From: an uncultured bacterium
Lineage (GTDB): Bacteria; Oederibacteriota; JAAXVQ01; JAUVAV01
DNA length: 64,000 nucleotides
Direction of reading: 5' to 3'
NCBI GenBank assembly: GCA_963710755.1
Contig: CAVQBK010000003.1
Span: 1,280,001-1,344,000, forward strand
The position numbers and the translations under genes are program-made. The notes beneath the pieces are model-generated. The model saw only the letters and a program-made list of their open reading frames with translations, searched no databases and was not told the DNA's origin. Shown in pieces: positions 27,958-37,177 of the stretch (position 1 is its first letter; every line of letters begins with the position of its first letter).

Positions 27958-29001
27958 ATGAACGCATTCACCAAAGGCATAATTTTTACTGGATTGACGA
28001 TGATGGCTGCTCTTGTCTGGGCCGGGCAAAATGTTTTTGTCAAGGCGCAGGTGGACCAGCAGACCGTCAATCTGGGTGACCATCTGGTTTATACCGTGGA
28101 AGTGATGACTGCGGGCGAAACCCAATATTCGCCTGATATCTTATTGCCCAATTTTGGCGGCCACTTTCAAGTCGGTGATATTTTTACCCGCTCGTCGGTC
28201 AGCATTCTCAACGGTAAAACCTTCATCGTCAATTTTAAGGAAGTACATCTGTTGGCCAGCCAGGTGGGCAAGATAGAAATTCCTTCCAGCCAGGTGGAGC
28301 TGATCAATCCTCATACTCAGGAACGCATGGTCGAACAAACCAATCCAGTGACCTTGACCGTTAACTCAGCAGCAGGGAAAAAAGTAGAAGCCACGGCCAC
28401 GCCGCAAATTGACGTCATGCGTCCCATCAAAAGAAACGCCCGTTTGAATTTAAATCAATGGTGGCCCTTTGCGTCGGCGATTTTTTTAATCCTGGGCATC
28501 ATGGGCGCCTTGACTTACTTCAGAAAGCGTCCGCAACAAACCCCGGCCAATCAAGAACCGGAAGATACCCGCAGCCCGCAGGAACGGGCCTTTCAAAGAC
28601 TGGAGATAGCGGCCAAACTTAAAGAAGAGGGCAAGATCAATGATTACTACACCCAACTTTCTTCCATTCTAAGGGCGTATTTGTCGGAGGCTTTTGAACT
28701 AAAAGCCGAAGCCGGTACCACCAGGGAAGTGGTGAATGAAATGAATCAGCACCGCTTCAAGGAAGCATTCATCGAACGTTATAAAGCTTACGCCTTGGCC
28801 AGTGATGAGGTTAAATATGCGGGCGTCCTGCCCGATCCCGGGGATGTGGAAAAGGCCTTCCCGGAGGTGGAATTCCTGATCAAAACCGACGACGTGCAGG
28901 AGTTGCCGCCACCGCCTGAACCGGAAGAAAGCCAGCCTGAAGAAACCGTGGCCGCCGCGTCAACGGATGATGCGGAGCCGCCCGGAACCCAGGGCGCTTG
29001 A
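27958..29001 (+). CDS. BatD-like/DUF4381-like membrane-anchored protein (copy 1)
   Basis: AQVDQQTVNLGD..VYTVEV Ig domain, TM helix, YYTQLSSILRAYL...TTREV...DEVKYA. Confidence 0.7.
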   Translation: MNAFTKGIIFTGLTMMAALVWAGQNVFVKAQVDQQTVNLGDHLVYTVEVMTAGETQYSPDILLPNFGGHFQVGDIFTRSSVSILNGKTFIVNFKEVHLLASQVGKIEIPSSQVELINPHTQERMVEQTNPVTLTVNSAAGKKVEATATPQIDVMRPIKRNARLNLNQWWPFASAIFLILGIMGALTYFRKRPQQTPANQEPEDTRSPQERAFQRLEIAAKLKEEGKINDYYTQLSSILRAYLSEAFELKAEAGTTREVVNEMNQHRFKEAFIERYKAYALASDEVKYAGVLPDPGDVEKAFPEVEFLIKTDDVQELPPPPEPEESQPEETVAAASTDDAEPPGTQGA

Positions 29002-29002
29002 C

Positions 29003-30058
29003 GTGCACAGTCTGCTGCATTTTGGAACCAATGAGCATTTGCTGTGGGCGGCGCCGGCCTGGCTATGGGGACTGGTGCTGCTGCCCTTAATTTATTTTGG
29101 CATGATCCTGCTTGTCAACCGCAAAAACCATACTGTCCTATTCTCCAAAAGTCAACTTTTAAACAACCGTCCCTGGTCGTGGTCGGCCTTCAGCTATCTC
29201 ATCGTGCCCGGGTTGCGGCTGATGGCCTTGCTCTGCCTGTGTCTCGCCCTGGCCAGACCTCAGGCCGCCTTAGAGTTGGTCAACCGCACGGTCCGGCAGC
29301 TGGACTTTATGCTGGTGCTGGATGTGTCCAACAGCATGCGGGCATATGACATTCAACCGACCAGGCTGGAAGCGGCCAAAAAGCTATTCGCTGATTTTGT
29401 TCAACATCGTCCGCAGGACCGTCTGGGATTGGTGGGATTTGCCGGAAAAAGCCTAACGTTGATGCCTCTGACCATTGATCATCAGGCTTTGGCCGGAGTC
29501 TTGGCAGGGCTTAATACTCGTGTGGTGCCCGTGGAGGGCACGGCCATTGGAGACGCACTGTTAACCGCGGCCAACCGTTTGCTGCAGGTGTCACGCGGTC
29601 CCAAGGCCGCTGCGCCGGTTATTATTCTGGCTACGGATGGGATTAATACTCAAGGTGTTGAGCCCATGCAGGCGGCCGCTATTCTTGCTGAAAAACATAT
29701 CAAGTGTTACAGCATTGGTCTGGGCGGGGAAAAGCCGATACTACGTTATACCCGGCAGGCGGATGGTCAAGTGGTGCCCATGCGGGATGTTTACGGGCAC
29801 CTGCAATACTGGTCCAAGGCGGATCATAGGGTTTTGCAGAGCATTGCCGCTAAAACAGGCGGCCAATTTTTCCTGGCGCAAAACCGGAAGCGTTTTGAGG
29901 AAGTGTTGCAAGAGATTGACCACCTGGAAAAGACCGTGGTCAATGTGCAGCACAGCCGGCAGGTAAAGGAACTGTTTTTCTGGCCCCTCGCTCTGGGGCT
30001 GGTTCTGCTGCTGACGGAGCGTCTCTTAAGCCGCACTCGTTATTTAGATTTTACCTGA
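29003..30058 (+). CDS. VWA domain protein, BatA-like (copy 1)
   Basis: LALARPQ, MIDAS DVSNSM, DRLGLVGFAG, GTAIGDAL, ATDG; GTG start inferred. Confidence 0.85.
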   Translation: MHSLLHFGTNEHLLWAAPAWLWGLVLLPLIYFGMILLVNRKNHTVLFSKSQLLNNRPWSWSAFSYLIVPGLRLMALLCLCLALARPQAALELVNRTVRQLDFMLVLDVSNSMRAYDIQPTRLEAAKKLFADFVQHRPQDRLGLVGFAGKSLTLMPLTIDHQALAGVLAGLNTRVVPVEGTAIGDALLTAANRLLQVSRGPKAAAPVIILATDGINTQGVEPMQAAAILAEKHIKCYSIGLGGEKPILRYTRQADGQVVPMRDVYGHLQYWSKADHRVLQSIAAKTGGQFFLAQNRKRFEEVLQEIDHLEKTVVNVQHSRQVKELFFWPLALGLVLLLTERLLSRTRYLDFT

Positions 30059-30068
30059 GGATAGTGCC

Positions 30069-31082
30069 GTGAATTTAGTCCGATTTGTTTATCCTGCAGT
30101 GCTTCTACTGATATTGTTGATCGTTCCGCTTTTTGTCTTTTTGGATCGACGGTTTTTCCGGGTTTATGAAGAAAAAAGAGCGGCCTTTGCAACGCGTCCT
30201 TTTATTCATCACGTGTGGAAACCCATGGCCTACTGGCCCCACCAGCTGACCCAGGTTTTATGGCTGGCGGCATTGGTACTACTCTGCCTGGCGTTGGCCA
30301 GGCCCCAGGGGCAGCCCCACCTGAAAAGCGTCAAGCGGCCGGAAAGGCTGGGTTATATCGTGCTGGATGTATCCAAAAGCATGAAGGTTAATGATGCCGA
30401 TGGCAGCCGTCTGGACAGGGGCAAGGCTATTATCAAATCTTTTATTGCCGCCAATCCTCAGGATCGCCTGGGTCTGATTACTTTTGAAAAAGGAGCCCGT
30501 CAGGTTTGCCCGGCCACCAGTGATCAAGACGCCCTGCTGCTGGCTTTGAGCCGGGCTTACCCAGGAAGTCTTCCTCAACCAGGCACGGATTTGGAGGCCG
30601 CCTTACTGCTGGCCTTGGATAAATTGTCGGTTCGGCCCAAAGCGCAAAAGTATATCCTGCTGCTAAGCGACGGTGAAACTCAAGGCCCTCAGGACTGGCA
30701 GCAGATCATGACCACGGCCCAGGTCCAAAAAACCAGCCTGATCTGCATTGGCCTGGGCTCCCTACAGGGAGGCATTATTCCCAATGGCAAGACCATGTGG
30801 GGCAAGGCTTTGTTTAAAACCTATCATGGCAAGCAGGTCATCTCCAGGTTGGAATCGAAGCCCTTGAATGAATTGGCCCGGCTGACTGAAGGCCGCTATT
30901 ACCATTGGCAGCAACCACTTTTGCTCAAACGGATCATGGATTATCTTAAACTTAAAGACAGTGCCGAAGGTCAAAAAGACATTGTCGTTTACAGGGAATG
31001 GGCCTTTTATTTCATCCTAATAGCCCTGGTTCTGCTTCTACTGGAGCCTTTTGTACCCAAAATAGTAAGGAGGCCGGTATGA
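30069..31082 (+). CDS. VWA domain protein, BatB-like (copy 1)
   Basis: LALARPQ, DVSKSM, DRLGLITF, GTDLEAAL, LSDGE. Confidence 0.85.
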   Translation: MNLVRFVYPAVLLLILLIVPLFVFLDRRFFRVYEEKRAAFATRPFIHHVWKPMAYWPHQLTQVLWLAALVLLCLALARPQGQPHLKSVKRPERLGYIVLDVSKSMKVNDADGSRLDRGKAIIKSFIAANPQDRLGLITFEKGARQVCPATSDQDALLLALSRAYPGSLPQPGTDLEAALLLALDKLSVRPKAQKYILLLSDGETQGPQDWQQIMTTAQVQKTSLICIGLGSLQGGIIPNGKTMWGKALFKTYHGKQVISRLESKPLNELARLTEGRYYHWQQPLLLKRIMDYLKLKDSAEGQKDIVVYREWAFYFILIALVLLLLEPFVPKIVRRPV

Positions 31083-31708
31083 TCATCAATTCCGTGGGCT
31101 GGCTGGCCTTATTCTGGTTGCTGCGCTCATGGCTGCCTATTCCTGGTGTTAATTATTTTAATGCTGCCAATGCCTGTTATGAGCAAGGCCGCTATGAGCA
31201 GGCCCTTGATTATTACCAGCGTCTTTTTCAGGATCCGCATCTGGGTGGCCGGGCGTACTACAATGCCGGCAACACGGCTTTTCATCAGGGTCGCTATCAG
31301 CAGGCCTTGAAATGGTACGAAAAAGCGCTGCAAGTGATGCCTGAAGATGAAGATGTCTGGCATAATTTCACCCTGGCCAATCAAAAGCTGATTGCCCAAA
31401 ACAAGCAGGCCGGACAGGACAGTCAATCCCAAAGCAGCCGCAAGCCGCCCAAATCACGCCAGCGCCTGGGCACATCCGCGGCGGACCGGCTGCTTGCCCG
31501 GGCCGGGGCGGAGGAATACCGGCTTAGGCCGGCGCTTAATCAACAGAGCCGGCGTAAGGTGAAAGGCAGTTTCAGCCAGGATATTTTTAATCTGCCGCCT
31601 CAGGAATTGATTGCTTATATTAAAAACCAGACCCAGGCCGGCTATCCCTTTAAAGCCGGATCATCCCTTAAAAAGGAAGAACCCAGAGATAATGAAGTAG
31701 ACTGGTAG
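31079..31708 (+). CDS. TPR protein, BatC-like (copy 1)
   Basis: AYYNAGNTAFHQGRYQQALKWYEKAL..PEDEDVWHN; C-terminal VDW; ATGA coupling. Confidence 0.8.
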   Translation: MIINSVGWLALFWLLRSWLPIPGVNYFNAANACYEQGRYEQALDYYQRLFQDPHLGGRAYYNAGNTAFHQGRYQQALKWYEKALQVMPEDEDVWHNFTLANQKLIAQNKQAGQDSQSQSSRKPPKSRQRLGTSAADRLLARAGAEEYRLRPALNQQSRRKVKGSFSQDIFNLPPQELIAYIKNQTQAGYPFKAGSSLKKEEPRDNEVDW

Positions 31709-31968
31709 CCACGGGCAGCTTGGAAGGGAGCGCCCTTTTGGAAGGTTCATATACCTTGACTTTTAAAATTAGGTCTGATAATTTTTTGTTAATATGGTAT
31801 GTTGGATTGCTGTTTTTGAGAATAAGGTAACCATGGTTGTGGTGATGGTCATCCCGTCTGACTCCCTACCTAACCTTTCTACAATATTATATGGGCGGAA
31901 TTTGTGCCGGAACACAAGGCCATGGGATTGTTGTTGAAAGAGGACCCCGAAGGGTCTTTGGAGGCTTT

Positions 31969-32928
31969 ATGAATAAGCGATCAGTCCTCATGCTGGCCGT
32001 CGGAATGGGGCTGTTTCTTCAGTTAGTGGCAGCGGCGCAGGCGTTGGATACTGTGGAATATCAGGCCATGATCGAAAAAAATGCCATTACGATGGGGGAT
32101 AAAGTACAATTTTTAGTACGCGTCGCTTACCCCCTAACCACCATGAAGCCGGCCATCACTCCGCCTTCCTTTTCCCAATTCAAAGTCCTCAATGAAAATG
32201 AAACCATCAAGGAAGAGGAAAGCGACCATGACCGCTACCGGGTCTTGCGAAAGATATGGTTGATCGAGCCTAATGAATCCGGCCATCTGTCCATTGCCTC
32301 CGCTATTGTGACCTATCAGGATCCTGTTTCCAATTTATTGAAAAACGGCAAAACCAACATCGTTTTTGTGGAAGTGGCGTCTCGGGTGGGGCAGGCGAAA
32401 ACGTTCACTCCCGTGCCGGTCGCTCAAACCAGCGGCGAAACGACCAAGATAAATGCCAAGCACCCGCTATGGCTGTGGGGAACCCTGGCCGGGCTGCTGG
32501 GCTTGGCGATGACCGTCATTGTGGTTGGTCGTTCATCACGACAAAATGGCCCAACTCCTGAAGTGCTGGCCCAACAAGCACTGCAACAGGCTTTAAGCTT
32601 GGCGGAAGCCGAGGACATTGACGGCTATTATCAAGGGTTGAACCAGGCGGTACTCGATTATCTGCAGCAAAAATTTAACCTCAATGCTTATGTGCTGCCC
32701 ACGGAAGATATTTTGAAAGCCCTTAAAAAATATCCCATTGATCCCAGCCTCTTGCAAGGGTTGGAAGCTTATTTTAAGGCCGTCGATCAGGCTAAATTCG
32801 GAGGGCACACACCCGATGAAGACGAGTTGATTCAAATGCATGGTACAGTGGATCGGTTTATCCAAATGGGGGAAACCTTTAAAATTAAAAAACGCAGTAC
32901 ACCTGCTTCCAAAGGCAAGGTCCAATGA
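31969..32928 (+). CDS. BatD-like/DUF4381-like membrane-anchored protein (copy 2)
   Basis: Signal peptide, Ig domain, TM helix, YYQGL..AVLDYLQ...TEDIL...DQAKFG; paralog of 27958. Confidence 0.7.
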   Translation: MNKRSVLMLAVGMGLFLQLVAAAQALDTVEYQAMIEKNAITMGDKVQFLVRVAYPLTTMKPAITPPSFSQFKVLNENETIKEEESDHDRYRVLRKIWLIEPNESGHLSIASAIVTYQDPVSNLLKNGKTNIVFVEVASRVGQAKTFTPVPVAQTSGETTKINAKHPLWLWGTLAGLLGLAMTVIVVGRSSRQNGPTPEVLAQQALQQALSLAEAEDIDGYYQGLNQAVLDYLQQKFNLNAYVLPTEDILKALKKYPIDPSLLQGLEAYFKAVDQAKFGGHTPDEDELIQMHGTVDRFIQMGETFKIKKRSTPASKGKVQ

Positions 32929-32994
32929 CCATCACTACGGTCCCATACCTGCCACTGTATAAAGACATTAACCAGACCGAAAGGGGATTAGGAA

Positions 32995-33972
32995 ATGGCT
33001 CATGAGTTGGATGCCAAAGGTAAAGAATTAAGCAAAACCATGGATAATATTATCAAGGAAACGCAAAAAGTCATTGTGGGGCAACCCATCATGATGCGCG
33101 GGTTGCTGATGGGATTTTTGACACAAGGCCATATTTTGCTGGAAGGCGTCCCGGGGTTGGCCAAGACCCTGTCCGTCATGACGCTCTCCACCTGCATTCA
33201 GGCCGATTTTTCCAGAATCCAATTCACGCCTGATCTGCTGCCGTCCGATATTATTGGCACCAATATCTACAATGCCAAAACAGCGGAGTTCACCATTAAG
33301 AAGGGGCCGATCTTTGCCAATATCGTGTTGGCCGATGAAATCAACCGCGCCGCGGCCAAGGTGCAGGCCGCCTTGCTGGAGGCCATGCAGGAAAAACAGG
33401 TCACCATTGGAGGTCAGACGTTTACCTTGGAGAAACCTTTTCTGGTGTTGGCTACTCAGAACCCGATTGAATCGGAAGGCACCTATAATCTGCCCGACGC
33501 CCAGCTGGACCGTTTCATGTTCAAGGTTAAAATTGGCTATCCCGAGCCGGAGGATGAACTGGAGATCCTGAACCGGTTTACCACGGGACACCAGCCCAAC
33601 GTGAGTGCGGTATGTACGCCCAAGGATATTTTGGCCACCCGCGATTGTATCAACAGCATTTACGTAGACGACAAGATTAAGAAATATATCGTGGACATGG
33701 TTTTTGCCACCCGCTATCCCGACCGTTACGGCATGAAGATCAATAACCTTATCCAATATGGCGGTGGTCCGCGGGCCACCTTGTTTCTCACCATTGCCAG
33801 CAAGGCCAATGCCTTCATGGAAGGCCGTGGCTACGTGACACCCGATGATATCAAGGCAGTGGCTTATGACGTGCTTCGCCACCGTATTTCCGTGAGTTAT
33901 GAAGCCGAGGCTGAGGAAATTTCCTCGGAGAATATTATTGATGAAATTCTCAAAGCGGTAAAAGTACCTTAG
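32995..33972 (+). CDS. moxR: MoxR-family AAA+ ATPase
   Basis: HILLEGVPGLAKT, RIQFTPDLLPSD, LADEINRA, ATQNPIE.EGTY.LPDAQLDRF. Confidence 0.95.
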   Translation: MAHELDAKGKELSKTMDNIIKETQKVIVGQPIMMRGLLMGFLTQGHILLEGVPGLAKTLSVMTLSTCIQADFSRIQFTPDLLPSDIIGTNIYNAKTAEFTIKKGPIFANIVLADEINRAAAKVQAALLEAMQEKQVTIGGQTFTLEKPFLVLATQNPIESEGTYNLPDAQLDRFMFKVKIGYPEPEDELEILNRFTTGHQPNVSAVCTPKDILATRDCINSIYVDDKIKKYIVDMVFATRYPDRYGMKINNLIQYGGGPRATLFLTIASKANAFMEGRGYVTPDDIKAVAYDVLRHRISVSYEAEAEEISSENIIDEILKAVKVP

Positions 33973-34039
33973 GTTCTGGGTTGGCAAGATAGCCGCAGGT
34001 TGGGCAGATAAATTTTAAAGATATGCCTATAAAGATTTT

Positions 34040-34188
34040 TCTCACGCCAAGCCGCAAAGGAAGAAAAAACAAAGGATGATGGAGGGTTTTAATCCTTGAA
34101 AGAGTTTATCTTTTCTTTGCCCCGAATGGTATAGATATTATTTATAAAAGGGACGTTGCCGCTGCACCTTGGCGTTCTTGGCGTGAGA
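34040..34188. repeat. REP/MITE-like inverted-repeat element
   Basis: TCTCACGCCAAG ... CTTGGCGTGAGA perfect 12-bp terminal inverted repeat with an inner imperfect palindrome. Confidence 0.6.
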
Positions 34189-34230
34189 CAGATCTTTTGT
34201 TTTCAGCTTTACCGACTTAGTGAGGCGAGC

Positions 34231-35121
34231 ATGAAACTGGATATTAAGGACGTATTAAGACAAGTTAGAAAAATTGAGATCGTCAACCGGATTCTGGTGG
34301 AAAGCACCTTGCAAGGGGCTTACCGGTCCAGTTTCAAAGGCCAGGGTATGGAATTCGTGGATGTGCGCGAATATGTGCCTGGTGATGACATTCGTAATAT
34401 CGATTGGAATGTGACCGCCCGCACCCAGGTGCCGCATGTCAAACAATTTGAGGAAGAGCGGGAAATGACGGTCATGCTCATGGTGGATGCCTCGGGCTCC
34501 GCTGATTTCGGCACCATCAACCGCTTGAAACGGCAGATGGCCATTGAATTTTGCGCGTCCATGGCCTTCTCGGCAGTCAAAAACAACGACCGTGTGGGGC
34601 TGGTGATGTTTACCGACCGGATCGAGCATTATATTCCGCCCAAAAAGGGTTCAGGCCATATTATGCGGGTCATCCGCGACATGATTGCTTTTGAACCCGA
34701 ATCATCCAGGACGGACATCAATACCTGTTTGGAATTTCTGACCCATATTATCAAGAAAAAATCCACTGTGTTTTTAGTCTCCGATTTTATCACTGAGGTT
34801 GATTACGAAGAAAATCTCAAACGAGCCAATTACCGCCATGATATTAATGCCCTGGTGATGACCGACCGCCGTGAACGGGAAATGCCCAACATCGGCATTA
34901 TTGAATTGCAGGATCCTGAGACCGGTCAAAAAGTGGTGATTGACACAGGCAGTAAAAAGGCCAGACAGCAGTTCGAGGAACTGACCGCCAAGCATCGCAG
35001 TGACATGGCCGGTATCTTTACGCGTTGCCATGTGGACTTTACCGAACTTGACACCAATGATTCTTATGTCAATGCCTTGATCAACTTTTTCAAACGCCGG
35101 TTGGGGAGAAAACGCAAGTGA
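34231..35121 (+). CDS. DUF58 family protein
   Basis: FKGQGMEFVDVREYVPGDDIRNIDWNVTAR, DASGS, VSDF. Confidence 0.95.
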   Translation: MKLDIKDVLRQVRKIEIVNRILVESTLQGAYRSSFKGQGMEFVDVREYVPGDDIRNIDWNVTARTQVPHVKQFEEEREMTVMLMVDASGSADFGTINRLKRQMAIEFCASMAFSAVKNNDRVGLVMFTDRIEHYIPPKKGSGHIMRVIRDMIAFEPESSRTDINTCLEFLTHIIKKKSTVFLVSDFITEVDYEENLKRANYRHDINALVMTDRREREMPNIGIIELQDPETGQKVVIDTGSKKARQQFEELTAKHRSDMAGIFTRCHVDFTELDTNDSYVNALINFFKRRLGRKRK

Positions 35122-36116
35122 AATGGGCCAACCTCTCTTTGATCTGGATGTTTGTTCCGCTGTTGGTGCTCGCCTATCTGATCTGGCGCGACCGTCTTAA
35201 AAGCAAAGGCGTCGTGTACAGTTATGTCAGGGCCTTTCGCGATTATCGTCCTTCCCTGGGCGCCCTGTTGCGCCATGTGCCTCTGGCGCTGCGAATGCTG
35301 ACGCTGGTATTGCTGGCTCTGGCCTTGTTGCGTCCGCAAGCCTTGATGGGCGAGAATGAGGTGAAATTAAAAGGCATCAACATCATGCTGGTAACCGATC
35401 TCTCGGGCTCAATGGTGGCGGAAGATCTGAAACCGGACCGCATCACCGCCGAGAAGAAAGTATTGACCGATTTCATTGGACGTATACAGCATGACCGGGT
35501 CGGCCTGGTGGTGTTTGGGGCTAAAGCTTTTACGCAATCTCCTTTGACCATGGACTATGATGTATTGAAATCCTCGGTCAGCGAGATTGACCTGAATACG
35601 GTGGATGCCGACGGTACAGCCATTGGTGACGGTTTGCTGGCGGGCATTAACCGTATGGCCGAATTTGACGGCCAGACCAATATTATTGTATTGGCCACGG
35701 ATGGCACCAACAACCGCGGGGAAGAGCCGCTCAAGGCCGCTGAAATTGCGGCTGCTAAAAAAATAAAAGTCTTTGTAGTGGGTATTGGTGCCAAGGGGGG
35801 CGCTCCGGTTTACATTAAAGATCAGTTCGGCGCCAAGCGTCCCTTCATCCAGGACGGCCAGGCCATGCGCTGGGATGAACCCAATGATAAGGTGTTGAAG
35901 ACCATAGCCGATAAAACCGGTGGCGATTACTTTCGGGCCACCGATGAAAAGAGCCTGGATAAAATTTATGGCCGCATCGACCAGTTGATCAAGAACGAGA
36001 AGAAACGCAAGGATCCCCACTATCGCGAGTTGTTCGGCTGGTTCCTTCTGGCAGCGCTGGGGTCCTTGGCCCTTGAGATCCTGCTCTCCGCCACCTGGTT
36101 GAGGTCCGTCTTATGA
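35118..36116 (+). CDS. VWA domain protein, BatA-like (copy 2)
   Basis: LRPQ, DLSGSM.AEDLKPDR, DRVGLVVFG, QSPLTMD, GTAIGDG, ATDGTNN, TGGDYFRA. Confidence 0.9.
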   Translation: MKWANLSLIWMFVPLLVLAYLIWRDRLKSKGVVYSYVRAFRDYRPSLGALLRHVPLALRMLTLVLLALALLRPQALMGENEVKLKGINIMLVTDLSGSMVAEDLKPDRITAEKKVLTDFIGRIQHDRVGLVVFGAKAFTQSPLTMDYDVLKSSVSEIDLNTVDADGTAIGDGLLAGINRMAEFDGQTNIIVLATDGTNNRGEEPLKAAEIAAAKKIKVFVVGIGAKGGAPVYIKDQFGAKRPFIQDGQAMRWDEPNDKVLKTIADKTGGDYFRATDEKSLDKIYGRIDQLIKNEKKRKDPHYRELFGWFLLAALGSLALEILLSATWLRSVL

Positions 36117-37171
36117 GTGTCTTAAGCGGATTCACTTTTATCGAACCCAAGATGTTACTGTTCGCTGCCGGTCTGCCGGGGTTGGCCGGGCTGATTTGGT
36201 GGGGTGCACGGTCCAGAAAAAAAGCCATTGCCCGTTTCAGCGAACCAACTCTTTTTCAGACGCTTAATCCCACGCTGAGGCTGAAAGGCAAAACCAGTGT
36301 ACTGCGTCCGGCGTTAATGTTGGGCGCCTTGATGCTGGTCGTTCTGGGCCTGGCCCGGCCGGGTGGTCATCCTATATTTGTGGAGCAGGAAATTGGCGAA
36401 AAAGGGGTGGACATCATGTTAATGATCGATTTGTCTTCCTCCATGGCGGCTACCGATTTGAAGCCAGACCGACTGTCTGCCACCAAGGCCGCAGTGCGCG
36501 CCTTTTTGGATCAGCTTCAGCATGACCGGGTGGGCTTGACTGTATTTGCCGGGGTGCCTTCTTTACAGGCGCCCTTGACCCAGGACTACCGTACAGCCAA
36601 GATGATGATTGATATCCTGAGCACTAATTTTATGCCGGTTGATGGCACGGCTATCGGCACGGCCCTTGATTTTGCCGTCAACAAAATCAGTCCTTCCCGG
36701 AGAAAAGGGGCGGTCATTGTGCTGCTGACGGACGGGGAAAACACCAAAGGCCCATCACCCAACGAAGCCATTGCGCATGCGAAAAAAGAAGGGGTGATTA
36801 TCTATACCATTGGCATCGGTACCGCCCAAGGCGCCAAGATTCCCGACGGCACCGACGAACGTGGCCAAGGTCGCTTTAAGATGTACCGTGGTGAACCGGT
36901 GGTGACCAAACTGGATGAAGCGCTGCTTAAAGAGATGGCCAAACAAACAGGCGGCCAATACTACTCTGCCGACAGCAACAATGCCTTGATGCAGGCTTAT
37001 AATGAAATAAGACGATTGACCAAAAAGGAAATTTCGGAAAAAAAGACCAAGGCTGTTTATCAGGAATATTACGTCTGGGTGATTGGACCGGCCTTGCTGA
37101 TGCTGATGCTGGAAATGGTAATGGGCCGGCGATCCAAATGGTTTTTTAAGCATGACAAAAGCAAGTTCTGA
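36113..37171 (+). CDS. VWA domain protein, BatB-like (copy 2)
   Basis: LARP, DLSSSMAATDLKPDRL, DRVGL, PLTQDY, GTAIG, LTDGEN, VVTKLDE. Confidence 0.9.
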   Translation: MSVLSGFTFIEPKMLLFAAGLPGLAGLIWWGARSRKKAIARFSEPTLFQTLNPTLRLKGKTSVLRPALMLGALMLVVLGLARPGGHPIFVEQEIGEKGVDIMLMIDLSSSMAATDLKPDRLSATKAAVRAFLDQLQHDRVGLTVFAGVPSLQAPLTQDYRTAKMMIDILSTNFMPVDGTAIGTALDFAVNKISPSRRKGAVIVLLTDGENTKGPSPNEAIAHAKKEGVIIYTIGIGTAQGAKIPDGTDERGQGRFKMYRGEPVVTKLDEALLKEMAKQTGGQYYSADSNNALMQAYNEIRRLTKKEISEKKTKAVYQEYYVWVIGPALLMLMLEMVMGRRSKWFFKHDKSKF

Positions 37172-37177
37172 TCGTTA

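Noticed and set aside
31756-31782. Promoter TTGACT...GATAAT before the second BatD-like gene
   Set aside because: 15-bp spacing and a weak -10; not confident
33028-33987. 319-aa antisense ORF
   Set aside because: Shadow of the highly conserved moxR gene; no recognisable motifs
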